This document shows positions 48,751 to 60,919 of a stretch of 64,000 nt of DNA, piece after piece. The DNA lies in NCBI GenBank assembly GCA_052327205.1, contig CM126207.1:82522001-82586000 (forward strand). Reading direction: 5' to 3'. A model generated the notes under the pieces. That model did not search any database. It saw nothing but the letters and a program-made list of their open reading frames with translations, and had not been told where the DNA came from. Position numbers and translations under genes: made by a program. Position 1 is the first letter of the stretch; each line of letters opens with the position of its first letter. This DNA is from Somniosus microcephalus (Eukaryota).

Positions 48751-49004
48751 TGTAAAGTCTGTGAGTTGTTTAGTTAATTAATACACAGACTACCAGAGTA
48801 ACTTAAAACAGGACTTTACTATTCGAAGGTCAGGGCGAATCTGCCAAATAAATCCTGACACAGCACTTATATACCGGTGTGGTCACCGTCGGTATTACAG
48901 TATACAGAAGCCAACAAAGTAGTGCCACACCTAAAATTATTCTCTTAAAGGTGAACGGTTACATACAATGGTTTTCTTAAAGGTAGACGGATACATACAC
49001 TAGA
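48751..49004 (-). repeat. 5' LTR (254 bp)
   Basis: Differs from the 3' LTR at 3 positions by eye, including one in the terminal dinucleotide. Confidence 0.96.
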
Positions 49005-49798
49005 ATTACAGTCAGTCCCTTCATCTAGATCATTAATATAGATTGTAAATAGCTGATGCCCCAGCATTGATCCTTGCGGCACCCCACTAGTTATAGCCTG
49101 CCAACCTGAAAAAAGATGTTTATCCCTACTCTTTTTCTGTCTGTTAACCAATCCTCTATCCATGCTACTTTATTATGCCCAATCCCATGAACTCTTATCT
49201 TGTATAATAACCTTTTATGTGGCACCTTATAGAATGCCTTTTGGAAATTCAAATATACTATATCCACTGGTTCCCCTTTATCTACCCTGCTAGTTACATC
49301 CGCACAAAACTCTAATAAATTTGTCAAACACGATTTCCCTTTCATAAAACCATGCTGACTCTGCCTAATCATATGATTTTCTAAGTGTGCTGATACCACG
49401 TACTTAACAATAGATTCCAGCATTTTCCCGATGACTGATGTCAGGCTAACTGGCCTGTAGTTCTCTCTCCCTCCTTTCTTGAATAGCGGTGTTACATTTG
49501 CTACCTTCCAATCTGCTGGGACCATTCTACAATCTAGGGAATTTTGGAAGATCAAAACCAATGCATCCACGATCTCTGCAGCCATCTCTTTTAGAACTCG
49601 GATGTAGGCCGTCTGGCCCAGGGGTTTGTCGGCTTTTAGTCCCATTAGGTTTCTCTAGTACTTTTTCTCTACTTATATTCATTATGTTAAGTTCTTCACC
49701 CTCATTAGACCCTTAGTCCCCCACCATTTTTGGTATGCTTTTTGTGTCTTCTACTGTGAAGACACATGCAAAATATTTGTTTAACGTTTCTGCCATTT

Positions 49799-50033
49799 GG
49801 CCATCTGGGAAGGCGCCGAACACCTCGAGTCTCTTCGCTGGGAGCAAGCAGAAGCCAAGCGCAAGCAGCGCATGTCAACCCAAGCACCCCACCCACCCAC
49901 CCCTTTAACCACCGTCTGCCCCACCTGTGACAGAGACTGTAGGTCCCGCATTGGACTCATCAGTCACCTGAGAACTAATTTTTAATGTGGAAGCAAGTCA
50001 TCCTCGTTTCCGAGGGACTGTCTAAGAAGAAGA
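49799..50033 (+). mobile_element. RTE-clade LINE 3' end
   Basis: CPTCDRDCRSRIGLISHLR terminal zinc finger; short UTR ending in gaa repeats. Confidence 0.8.
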
Positions 50034-50770
50034 TTCCCCATAATAATTTCTCCTGTCTCAGCCTCAAAGGGACCAACTTTTACTTTTGCTACTCTCTTCC
50101 TTTTGGCATACTTATAGAAGCTCTTACAATCCATTTTTATATTTCTTGCTAGTTTTCTCTCATTCTATTTTTTCCCTTTTGATCAATTTTTTGGTCATCC
50201 TTTGCTGGTTTCTGAAACTCTCCCAATCCTCAGGCTTACTACTATTCTTCGCAACATTATAAGCTTCTTCTTTCAATTTAATGCTATCCTTAACTTCTTT
50301 AGTTAGCCACGGATGGATCACTTTTCCCGTGGAGTTTTTGTTTCTCAATGGAATGTATTTTTGTTGAGAATTATGATATATTTCTTTAAATGCTAGCCAC
50401 TGCTTATCTACTGCCATACCTATTTTTCCAATCTACCTTAGCCAACTTACCTCTCATACCTATGTAATTGGCTTTATTTAAGTTTAAGACTCTGGTTTCG
50501 GACGTAGGCAAGTCACTCTCAAACTTAGAATTTCACATTATCATATTATGTTCACTCTGCCCCAAAGGATCCTTTACTATGAGATTGCTAATGAACCCTG
50601 TCTCATTACACAATACAAGATCTAAAATAGCCTGTTCCCTGATTGGTTCCATGACGTATTGTTCTAGGAAACTGTCCCGAATGCATTCCATGAACTCATC
50701 CTCCAGACTACCTTTGCCAATTTGATTTGTCCAGTCTGTATGAGGATTAAAGTCACCCACAATTATTGTA

Positions 50771-51362
50771 CAGGTAGACTATCCTTTATCCGAAAACCTC
50801 GGGACCAGCCGAGTTTCGGATAAAGGAGAATTTCGGATTTCGGAAGGTGGGTCGGCGGGGGTCCGCGGGGGTCCGCGGGGGGGGGGGTCGGCGGGGGGTC
50901 GTGCGCACAACTTACGCTGACGCTCAGCGTAAGTCAGTCGGGGCGGGGGGGATCGGCGGTTGTCGGGGCCGGCGGGATCGGCGGTTGTCGGGGCTGGCGG
51001 GGTCGGCGGTTGTCGGGGCTGGCGGGGTCCCCGGGGGGGTCGGCGGTTGTCGGGGCTGGCGGGGTCGGCGGTTGTCGGGGCGGGGGGGTCGGCGGTTGTC
51101 GGGGCTGGCGGGGTCGGCGGTTGTCGGGGCCGGCGGGGGGGTCGGGGCTGTCTGGGCTGGCGGGGTCGGTGGTTGTCGGGGCCAGCGGGGGGTCGTGCGC
51201 ACAACTTACCCTTTATCCGAACTTCCGAAACCGGAACCCTCTAAAAACCGAAGGTTTTTTCGTTCAGCGTAAGTCGTACGCACGACTTACACTGAACGAA
51301 AAAACCTTCGGTTTTTAGAGGGTTTCGGTTTTCGGAAGTCCGGATAAAGGGTAGTCTACCTG
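50771..51362. mobile_element. Same Tc1/mariner MITE family, with GC minisatellite and palindrome
   Basis: Same TIR; TA TSD; inserted in a CR1 endonuclease region. Confidence 0.9.
50940..51195. repeat. GC-rich minisatellite (ggtcggcggttgtcggggc(t/c)ggcgg)n
   Basis: About ten variant ~22-26 bp units. Confidence 0.9.
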
Positions 51363-51949
51363 TATTACCTTTGTTACAAGCTCCTACTATTTCTTGATTA
51401 ATATTCTGTCCAACGGTATAGCTACTGTTAGGGGGCCTATATACTACTCCCACCAATGTTTTCTGTCCCTTGTTATTCCTTATCTCCTCCCATACTGATT
51501 CTACTTCCTGATCTTCTGAACCGAGATCCTTTCTCTCTACTGTCCTTATGTCATCCTTTATTATCAAGGCTACCCCCTCCCCCTTTTCCATTCTGCCTGT
51601 CTCTTCGAAACGCCAAGCACCCTGGAACATTTAGTTCCCAAACTTAGTCAGCTTGCAACCGCGTCTCTGTACTGGCTGTTAGATCAAACCCATTTATCTC
51701 TGTGCCACTAATTCATCTATCTTGTTACGAATGCTTCATGCATTCAGATAAAAAGCCTTTACTTTAAATTTGTTACCATTATTCCCTGCTTTGACCTTGT
51801 TCTCTGCTGCACTGCTACCATTAAACTTTCTGTCCCTTCCTGCTACACTGCTCTCTTGCTTGACATTTCTCTTTAGATTTCTAAATTTCCCCTCACCTGA
51901 CCCCTCCCCCCCCCCTTTTTTTTAGTTTAAACCCCTATCTATAGTTCTT

Positions 51950-53593
51950 GCACCTCTCTGTAATTTCTCTGCAAATTTGCTCCTCCATATCTTTCTCACT
52001 ATTTGGTGGTCTTTAGAATACACCTAGTAGTGTAATGGCACCTCTTATTTTTTAACTCTAGCCATATAGATTCTGTCCTTGACCCCTCCAGGACATCCTT
52101 CCTCTCCAGCACCGAAACATTTTCCTTAACCAATACTGCCACACCACCTCCTATCTTTCCTGAACACCTAATTGTAGTGTATGTACCTTTAAGGGGAGAA
52201 CTACTTTTTACAGCTCCTGTATACTGTAGTACCGGCAGTGACCACACCTGTATATAAACCCTGAGTAGGGATCTGTACTGTTAGTTTTAGAGTAACCCTC
52301 ATCCAGTAAACACCTGTTGATTGTTCCTCTGCAGTCTCTGTCTATTTATTGAAGGACACCATACATCAAAATTCATGGATTTAACACTTATAACCAGGAA
52401 TATTTAATACCCAATCCTGCCCTTTTTTGAGCCCGATCTCAGTTATTGCCACAACATCATATTCCCATGTGGTTATTTGTGCCTTCAGCTCACTTACCTT
52501 GTTTACTACGCTTTGTGCGTTCACATACATACACTGTAAACTCATCTTAGACCATCCTGTATTCTCTCCTAATTTGGCCCCGCCTAATACCTTACTATTT
52601 CTTACTTTAGTGCACTCCCAATCCTTTGAGCACTTTATTTCCCCTTTCTAATGTTACATCCTGGTGCCCGTCCCCTTGCCAAATTAGTTTAAACCCTCCC
52701 CAACAGCACCAGCAAACCTCCCTGCGAGGATATTGGTTCCAGCCCTGTTGAGGTGCAACCCGTCCTGCCTGTACAGGTCCCACCTCCCCCAGAAGCAGTT
52801 CCAATGCCCCAGGAATCTGAAGCTCTCCCTCTTGCACCATCTCTCCAGCCACGCATTCATCTGCTCTATCCTTCTATTTCTATATACTCACTCGAGTGTG
52901 GCACCGGGAGTAATCCGGAGATTACTACTTTTGAGGTCCTGCTTTTTAATCTCTTTCCTAGCTCCCTAAAGTCTGCCTACAGGACCTCATCCCTCTTTTT
53001 ACCTATGTCGTTGGTACCAATATGGACCACGGCCTCCAGCTGTTCACCCTCCCCCCTTAGAATGTTCTGCAGCTGCTCAGAGACATCCTTAACCCTGACA
53101 CCAGGGAGGCAACATACCATCCTGGAATCACGTCTGTGGCCACAGAAATGCTTGTCTGCTCCCCAAACTAACGAATCCCCTACCACTAGTGTGCTCTCAC
53201 TCTTATTCCTCCCCCCTTGTACAGCTGAGCCACCTGTGGTGCCATGGACTTGGCTCTGGCTGTACTCCCCAGAGGAATCATTGCCCTCACCAGTACACAG
53301 AACTGAATATTGGTTGGAGAGCGAGATGCACTCAGGACTCCTGCACTATCTGCCTGGTCCTCCTCTTCTGTCCAGCGGTCACCCATTCCCTCTCTGCCTG
53401 CACACTCCTTAGCTGTGGGGTGACCACCTCCTGAAACATGCTATCCACGAAGCTCTCCGCCTCATGGATGCACCGCAGTGATGCCAGCTGCTGCTCAAGC
53501 TCCGAAACCCGGAGCTTGAGCTCCTCCAGCTGATGACACCTCCTGCACATGTGTTTGTCCAGGACATGGGAAGCATCCTGGATTTCCCACATG
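51950..53593 (-). mobile_element. CR1 ORF1 (SGNH esterase-like) and endonuclease fragment
   Basis: VGDSLV, VCCLPGVRV, VVHIGTND motifs. Confidence 0.88.
52173..52386 (+). mobile_element. Solo Gypsy LTR related to the 44137-49004 element
   Basis: TG...CA; CTAAT/CTTAT TSD; shares tgtagtgtatgta, cctttaag, ctgtatactgta, gtgaccacacc, tatataa with the reverse complement of the 254-bp LTR. Confidence 0.8.
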
Positions 53594-55031
53594 TGTAGGG
53601 GGTGGTGTGTGCCCAGTCAGCTCTGCCCCTGACTGTCTCTGAGCAGTTCGAATCGCTCCCACACCCCTGGGTTCTAGACACCGGACTTAGGTACAGGCAG
53701 CGATACAGAAAATAGAGTAGACAACTGGTTTGGTACAAGAAAACCATAATTTTAAAAAGGCACAACAATATAATCACAACACTGAAGATTACTAGAATAA
53801 TTACAGGCATATAAAAATACACTTATTTGAGAATGGGGAACACACAGTACAACGAGGGAAACAAACACATTAAAAAACCCCTACCCTTGTCCCACCCCCA
53901 ATACCTAACTAGATTAAGCTACGAGGGGCCAGGGATTCATGCTCACCAATGGGGTTCCTTTTACGGTTCGAAACCTGTCGATTAAGCCGGTTGTGGTTTT
54001 GGGTTTCACTCTTGTTGTCCTTGGGGCCTGCCGTTGTCACGTGGTCCCAGGGCACGGTGGTGGAGTCGTCTGTGTAAAGTACCTTCCTTTTCCTCCATTA
54101 GAGAACAGGGAGTAAAGTCTTTGTTGAGTACTTTACCTTGCAGAAATGGTTGTTCTTCTGGTGGTGGTTTGGTCGCCGACGGTTTTGTTGCGTTTGGGGT
54201 TCAGTTGGCGGTTTATATTGTTAGCTTGATTTTCCTACCCATGCTTCAAACGCCAGCTTATAACTGGACCGGGGTGCGTGCCTGCTCGTCCCCAACGCTT
54301 CTTTTCGCTGCCCTTCTCTGCTTATCGTTTTTTGCCGTTTGTCTCGTCTCGCCTGCCCGTTTGTGGCCCCGTGTGTCCTGTGCATGTTTGATTCGGGTTC
54401 CGTTCTCCTCCCGCGTTTGGCCCCCGGTGTTGTAATGGGCGCCCTCGGTGTCGAGCAGCACGGGGAGGGAGAATAGAGCCAGCCAAGAGGCAAGAGACCT
54501 TGGCTACCGGTGGGCCTACAATTATACCTGGTTCTTCACCCCTTATCTGCGCGCCAAATCATGCCAGTTCTTTGTCTAATTACAGTCATTCACTTTAGCG
54601 GGTTTTGGGGCGGTTGTCTCCTTGTTTAATGACTTCAATATCCTGGCTGATTGTTAGTTATGAAATTTAATCATCTTTTCCTGGCTTGGTAGCTATCTTG
54701 AGCTGTTACCGATTATTTATGCAAAAAGTTAATGGCCTCAAGATTAGGTCCATCCTGAGTTGATCTGTTTCAAGATGAAGAATGCATATTCTGTGTTTAC
54801 CTAGCTGTCTGGCTTTAGAAAAGGACAAAGTCTTTCACAGATCCATGCATGTTAGGTTTCATTTCAGGATTTGAATGGGCCTGCCTTCTGCAGGGCCTTG
54901 TTTTTAAAATCCTGTAGACCTTTGTCACGAGGTTTCAGAAGCCATTTTGGGTACCCTTAATAATAACTGGTCCATACAGGGTCCCTTTATCCATAACTTT
55001 TGGGGAATGTGGGAATTTTGAGAACCCTACA
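53594..55031 (-). repeat. Long (~1.44 kb) 3' LTR of an env-bearing element
   Basis: TGTAGGG...CCCTACA inverted termini; PPT aggggggag at 55032-55040; interrupts CR1 ORF1. Confidence 0.8.
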
Positions 55032-55354
55032 CTCCCCCCTGTTGATACTAAACTCGCTTTAAGTATCATCCTGACAAGGTGAGCAAAATTCCCGACCCTC
55101 CATAGTCAATCTTCCCCTGTAATTACCTATCTATGATCCCACGACACATGCATTGACCATTCTGTGAAAATGTAGTATACATAAGCATACATAGACAGAA
55201 TACAGTCGTTTACACACATCCAAGCATGGAGGGGTCCAACACCCCTGCACCACTTGGTACTCATACATCTTTATTAAAAGTAACAAAACAAAATCTTTAT
55301 TAAAAATAACAAACACAAAGAAACAACAATCTTTATTCAGAAATATAAAAAAAT

Positions 55355-56377
55355 TCAAACAGGTGTATCTCCCTCCACCTTAACATAATGTTCCTTCCAG
55401 GTCCTTTGGTTTCGGAATTCTAGTATTTGGCCTTTACCCTTGCACTGAGTGTACACTAGGTACAATACTATTCCCAGCTGGCAAACCACGAGGATGTGGG
55501 AGGCCAGTCTAATTCATGAAGGGACCTCTATATTTTCAAAAATGTCCCACCAGGGTGGAACTACAATGTCCAGTATCCTGGCCCCTATCTCTACCGTCTT
55601 CTGCTCCAGAGTGTAGAAATGTTTCTGTGAGACGATTACTGCTTTGAGTATTTTGGTAAGGTGTTTTGGGAGAGGGGCGATTTCATAGCCGAAATGTGCT
55701 ACATACTTTTGCAGGTTGGTGAAATTCTCTTTTACAGTGAGGTGAACAGTGGAGGGTTCAGGAATGGGGACAATTTGTTCCTGGGCCACTTGAACTTCTG
55801 CCTCGGGTTTAAAGCAGAAACTGCTGTCACTTACTGGACACCAGCTATGCTGTCCATGCTGGTAGTGGGGCGCGCCTGCGGTGGCACAATATGTCCCACC
55901 TCCTATATATGCTACCTGTGGGGGAACATGGTCTTGTGCCATTACCTCCATGGTACTGTTTATAGGTTTTGCGCCAGCAGCTTTAAACCCGCACTGTGGT
56001 TTTGAATAGGCATTCAAGTGCTGGGGACACTCTATTATGTGTGCTCCCCGGCTCCAGCACCCCGAGAGGTCAGTACCTGTCATAGCGTGCTCCCACTTTA
56101 TGACCTAAGGTGGGACCGCTGTGAAATGGATTTGTGCACCCCCTTGAATAACTCCAATGTTCTCTACCCTGTATACCGGCGGGGGTCAGGCTGTCCCACC
56201 CATGACCGGCATCCTTACTACTATACCCATGATAGTATGGTTTGAACGTTCACAATCTACTGGGACTGGGTAGGCCTCAGGAGCTAGCCGGAGTTGACAC
56301 GGGCTCAATGCATTCTCAAATGGATGGAGGGCTGCGAGGTGCTTGTTGCTGATCCAGGAGGGGACTAAACCCTGCAT
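55355..56377 (-). pseudogene. Envelope/fusion glycoprotein C-terminal fragment with three in-frame stops
   Basis: One frame reads Cys-rich ectodomain, heptad-like stretch, PPWWDIF, hydrophobic ILVVCQLGIVLYLVY helix and short tail; lies just upstream of PPT/LTR. Confidence 0.7.
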
Positions 56378-57100
56378 CCTCTGAGGGAGCAGCGTCAGCA
56401 GAAATGAGCGCACCCAGCACCAGCGTAGAGACGCACACCTCGGTGGAGCTAAGAAACAACAAATAAAAACAGTAGAGAGAAAGGATCTTGGCTCGGAAAT
56501 ACAAAATGTAGAATCAGCTTGGGTGGAGCTAAGAAATAACAAGGGACAGAAAACACTAGTGGGTGTTGTCTCTCGGCCCCCTAACAGTGGCTGTCGTGCG
56601 AGATAGAGTAGTATTGTCACCTGGTGTATCACAATGCACAAGTGAGCAAGAGCAGATGGTGTAGACAGGGACAGCAGTGGAGAGTCCTCGTCAGAGGCCG
56701 CAGAGTGCTCCTAGCTCTGCTCAGCTACATGTAGACGCTGAGCTTCGGGGGCCATCCAGAAAGAGAGCTGGAGTTTCAGGAACATGTGCAGAAAATGGAG
56801 GCGTCCGTCTCAAACATGAGTAATGCCTTGGTGCACGCAATGGCGAATGTAGGTTCTGCCATGGAAAGGATGGCAACCTCCATGAAGGGCATAAATTGCC
56901 AAACTCAAATAAACATGGTGACTCTTCTAAATAGATGGTCAGCTATGGAGGATAGATGGGCATGTATAATGGAGAGGAACCAGAGGTCCATGGACGTCCC
57001 TGTTATGAGGACTGTCAGTACAGAGACGGGTCCACATGGCCCCACTGATGTGCAGCAAAGTACTCTCCAGCTACTTGCCAGCAGAGAAGTGCGGGTGGCC
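56378..57100 (+). mobile_element. Fragment of a related Harbinger Myb/SANT exon 3, interrupted by a CR1 piece (~56443-56590)
   Basis: Aligns by eye to 19400-19990 (QKMEASVSNMS vs QRMEESISNMS). Confidence 0.75.
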
Positions 57101-59040
57101 CATGATTTCCCTTTCATAAACCTGTGTTGACTCTATCCAAACCTATTATTTTCTAAGTGCCCTGTTACCACGTACTTAATAAAAGATTCTAGCATTTTCC
57201 CTACTACTGATGTCAGGCTAACTGGTCTGTAGTTCCCTGTTTTCTCTCTAACTCCTTTCTTAAATAGTGGGGTTACATTTGCTACCTTCCAATCCCCGGA
57301 AAAAGATCTAAAATCTATGGAACTTTGGAAGATGACAACCTCTGCATCCACTATCTCTATAGCCACCTCTTTCAAACCCCTAGGATGTAGCCCATCAGGT
57401 CCAGGGGATTTATTGGCTTTCAGTCACATTAATTTCTCTAGTACTATTTTTTTTACTAATACTAATTTCTTTCAGTTCCTCATTTTCACTAGACCATTGG
57501 TTCTCCAGTATTTCCAGGAGGTTTTTTGCATCTTCTTCCGTGAAGACAGATGCAAAGTATTTGTTTAATTTCTCTGCCATTTCCTTATTCCCCATTATAA
57601 TTTCTCCTGTCTCAGCCTGTAAGGGACCCACATTTACTTTTGCTAACCTTTTCCTTTTTAAATACCTATAGAAGCTTTTACAGTCTGTTTTTATGTCTCT
57701 TGTTAGTTTACTCTCATATTCTGTTTTCCCTTTCTTTATCAATTTCTTGGTCCTCCTTTGCTGAATTCTAAAACCCTCCCAATCCTTAGGCTTACTACTC
57801 TTGGTGAAAATTATAAGCCTCTTCCTTAATCTAATACTATCTTTAATTTATCTTGGTAACACGGTTGGACCATTTTTCCTGTGGTGTTTTTATTCCTTAG
57901 GGGAATGTATATTCGTTGTGAATGATGAATTATTTCTTTAAATGTTTGCCATTGCTTTTCTACTGTCATATCTTTTAATCTAGTTTCCGAACCTACCTTA
58001 GCCAACTCGCCTCTCATACCTATGTAGTTTGCTTTGTTTAGGTTTAGGACCCTAGTTTCGGACTTAACTAAATCACGCTCAAAAATTCTATCATATTATG
58101 ATCACTGCTCCCCAGTGGCTCCTTTACTACAAGGTTATTAATTAATCCTGTCTCATTGCACAGTACTAGATCTAAAATCGCCAATTCCCTCATAGGTTCC
58201 TTGACATACTGATCTAGGAAAAACTATCTTGAATACATTCCATGAACTCTTCCTCTGCACTATTTCTGCAAATTTGGTTTGCCCAGTCGATATGAAAGTT
58301 AAAGTCCGCCCATGATTACTATATTACCCTTGCTACATGCATCTCTTAATTTCCTGACTTATACTGTGCCTGACACTACAACCACTGTTAGGGGGCCGAT
58401 AGTCAACACCCACTAGTGTTTTCTGCCCGTTGTTGTTTCTTAGCTCCACCCAAGCTGATTCTACATTTTGTATTTCCGAGCCAAGATCCTCTCTCTCTAC
58501 TGTCTTTATTTCCTCCTTTATTATCAGGGCTACCCCTCCTCATTTTCCATTCTGTCTGTCTCTTCTAAAAGGCAAATATCCTGGAATATTTAGTTCCCAA
58601 CCTTGGTCACTCTGCAACCACGTCTCTCTAATGGCTGTTAAATCAAATCTATTAATTTCTATCTGCGCTATTAATTCATCTAATTTTTTGCGAATGCTTC
58701 ATGCATTCAGAAATAGCACCTTTAGCTTTAACTTTTTCCTATTTTTCCCTGATGTCACTTTAGTTACTATTACCTTTATTAATCTTTCTGTCCTTTCCTG
58801 ACCCACTCTGCTTATCTTTACCCAGATCACTACTCTGCTCTACAGCCTTGACATTTCTCTTACTGCTTTTGAATTTACCCTTTCCTGAATCCTCCACCCA
58901 CCCTTCATTAGTTTAAAGCCCTGTCTACTGCCCTAGTTATTTGATTCGCCATGACGCTGGTCCCAGCCCGGTTTAAGTGGAACCCGTCCCCACGGAACAG
59001 CTCCCTTTTTCCCCAGTACTGGTGCCAGTGCCCCATGAAT
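57100..59040 (-). mobile_element. CR1 LINE ORF2 fragment
   Basis: WKVANVTPLFKKG, NYRPVSLTS, LNKYFASVFT. Confidence 0.9.
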
Positions 59041-60245
59041 TGATTGTTGATTTCCGTGAGATCAGTGGGATGGGGGTGGAGGGGGAGGGGAGAATGTGAA
59101 AATCTTTGTTATAACTCCAAGAAACTAATATCCGGTCAGGTAGGTGCTTAGCTTTTGTGCCTCACTTTAATTTAAGCTTCATGAAAATTGAATCCAAATA
59201 GACTTCCCTTTATTTTAACGAGGACCTTTAATGTACTCATTATAAAGCCATCGTCCACTGTTGTGAAATCTTCAAATGTGTGATTTGAAAGACAGTATTA
59301 TTAGCAGCATTAGTTTGGCCCACAGGAATAGTGAACTGCAAGCTTTAGTTGTAGTTCAGCCTGATTTGATTTGGCATGGATATGGAGTCGTTCTTGGACT
59401 CAGCCAACATTTCTTACCACGGTGGTCTCATAGTTTTATTTGGGGCTGGAGATTGTTCCCATTTTATCTACCTCCACATCAATCAGATGAGGATCATCGG
59501 TTTTACTGTGTTAATGTGCACTGAGTGCTTTGTTTTAATGTTCACTGAACTCAGAATTTTAGGATGCTATTTTAGGTAATTGGATGATGAAGCAGAGTAC
59601 AACAAAATGGGTAATGGAGCAGATTCTCCATTGCACCATTTGGCTGGTAAATGTCGCAGAAGTCCATGTTAAAGACCATTCTGCTTGTTCCACACCTACT
59701 TGAGCTTCTCTTCAGTTTTCATTGATGACAGTGTCTAATGCAGCAATGTAGAGTACTTCACATGTTTACCAGACAGCACTGCTTAAATTGGCGACAACTC
59801 AGGAAAATGTATTTTGCAGATTTTTCAACAGCAGGGATTGGGATGTCCCAGGTAGAACCACCCTGCTTCCAAATTGTTACTTTCGAATAGTTCCTAGGGT
59901 GTGAGAGAGATGCCTGAATAACAAAGAAAGTAGGATTACCTACCTTATAGGATCTTTGTCATTCTTCAAATGATAACATTCCTCACACACCACAATCCTC
60001 ACTGACCATTCCCACTAGCCCTTTATGTAGGGCAGGAGTCAGAGTAACATCATTGGGGAACATGCCTGATGACATCAGAACAGAAAAGCCATGATTCACC
60101 TGAACCAATTAAGATTATACAAGTTCCTATGATGTATAATGGATGCTATCAGTGAAAGAATAAGTCTGTACAAGTTAGGGAAACTTGCTTTACCCTTCAG
60201 TGGATCCAGTAAAACTTCGATAGAACACTGTGCACAAAGACACAG

Positions 60246-60918
60246 GGGGGAAAATTGAGTCACGCCCCCTTTGGGGCGCTAACTTCGGCAGCGCCCCGAA
60301 AAAATTAGCGCCCCCGCGGCCAAAATTGCGTGGTAGTGCCCCGCCTCCCTCTTGGGGCGCTGCAAGGGAATATCGTGGCGCTACGTGCCGCGGTACTGCA
60401 GGCCTTCCTCCCCTTCTTAAAGGGGAGGGGCCTTGCGCAGCGTGACCCAGGGCCCAGCTAGTCCACCGAGATCGGAGTGCCGGCAAAAGAGCCCGGCACT
60501 CGAGAAGTGCCGGGCTCATGGAGCGCAGCTCGCACTCTGCGGGTGGAGGGGGGGTGGGCGGTGCTCAGGAGGCTGGGGACGGCAGCGGAGGCAGGTGCTG
60601 GCAGGCGGCCAGCAACAAAAATGGCCACCCGGCGCCTCGCCTTTAAATAGCGCCGTCCCAGCCGCAGGTAGGCCCCCCTAACCCTGTCGGACATAGCGTC
60701 CGGCGGTAAGTCAGGAGGCGCTACTACAGAATGCGGCCAGGGCACGAGCAGGGCGCTGTGCACAGTGATGACGTCATTGCCGGCGGCGCAGGGCACTAAC
60801 AGTTACCGCCGCTGCTAACCTCCCGCTGAATTTTGTGGGAGGCGTTGGCACCATCACACCCGGGCGCTAGTTGCTTTTAGGGCACTAACGGGAGGCGCAA
60901 ACCAACCGAATTTTCCCC
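60246..60918. mobile_element. GC-rich Harbinger-type MITE, family A
   Basis: GGGGAAAATT/AATTTTCCCC ends; shares gcggtactgcaggcct, gagaagtgccggg, gatgacgtcat. Confidence 0.8.
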
Positions 60919-60919
60919 T

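Larger units (their letters stand above)
44137..49004 (-). mobile_element. Non-autonomous Gypsy (Mag-like) LTR retrotransposon with captured host-gene cargo
   Basis: Paired 254-bp LTRs; ATTAC TSD (44132-44136 and 49005-49009); PBS, PPT, gag and protease present; splits a CR1 RT sequence that rejoins across it. Confidence 0.96.
43213..51950 (-). mobile_element. Near full-length CR1 ORF2 (43213-44136 and 49010-~51950) hosting the Gypsy element, an RTE fragment and a MITE
   Basis: Endonuclease (GVVYRPPN, MGDFN) and RT motifs are collinear across the insertions. Confidence 0.88.
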
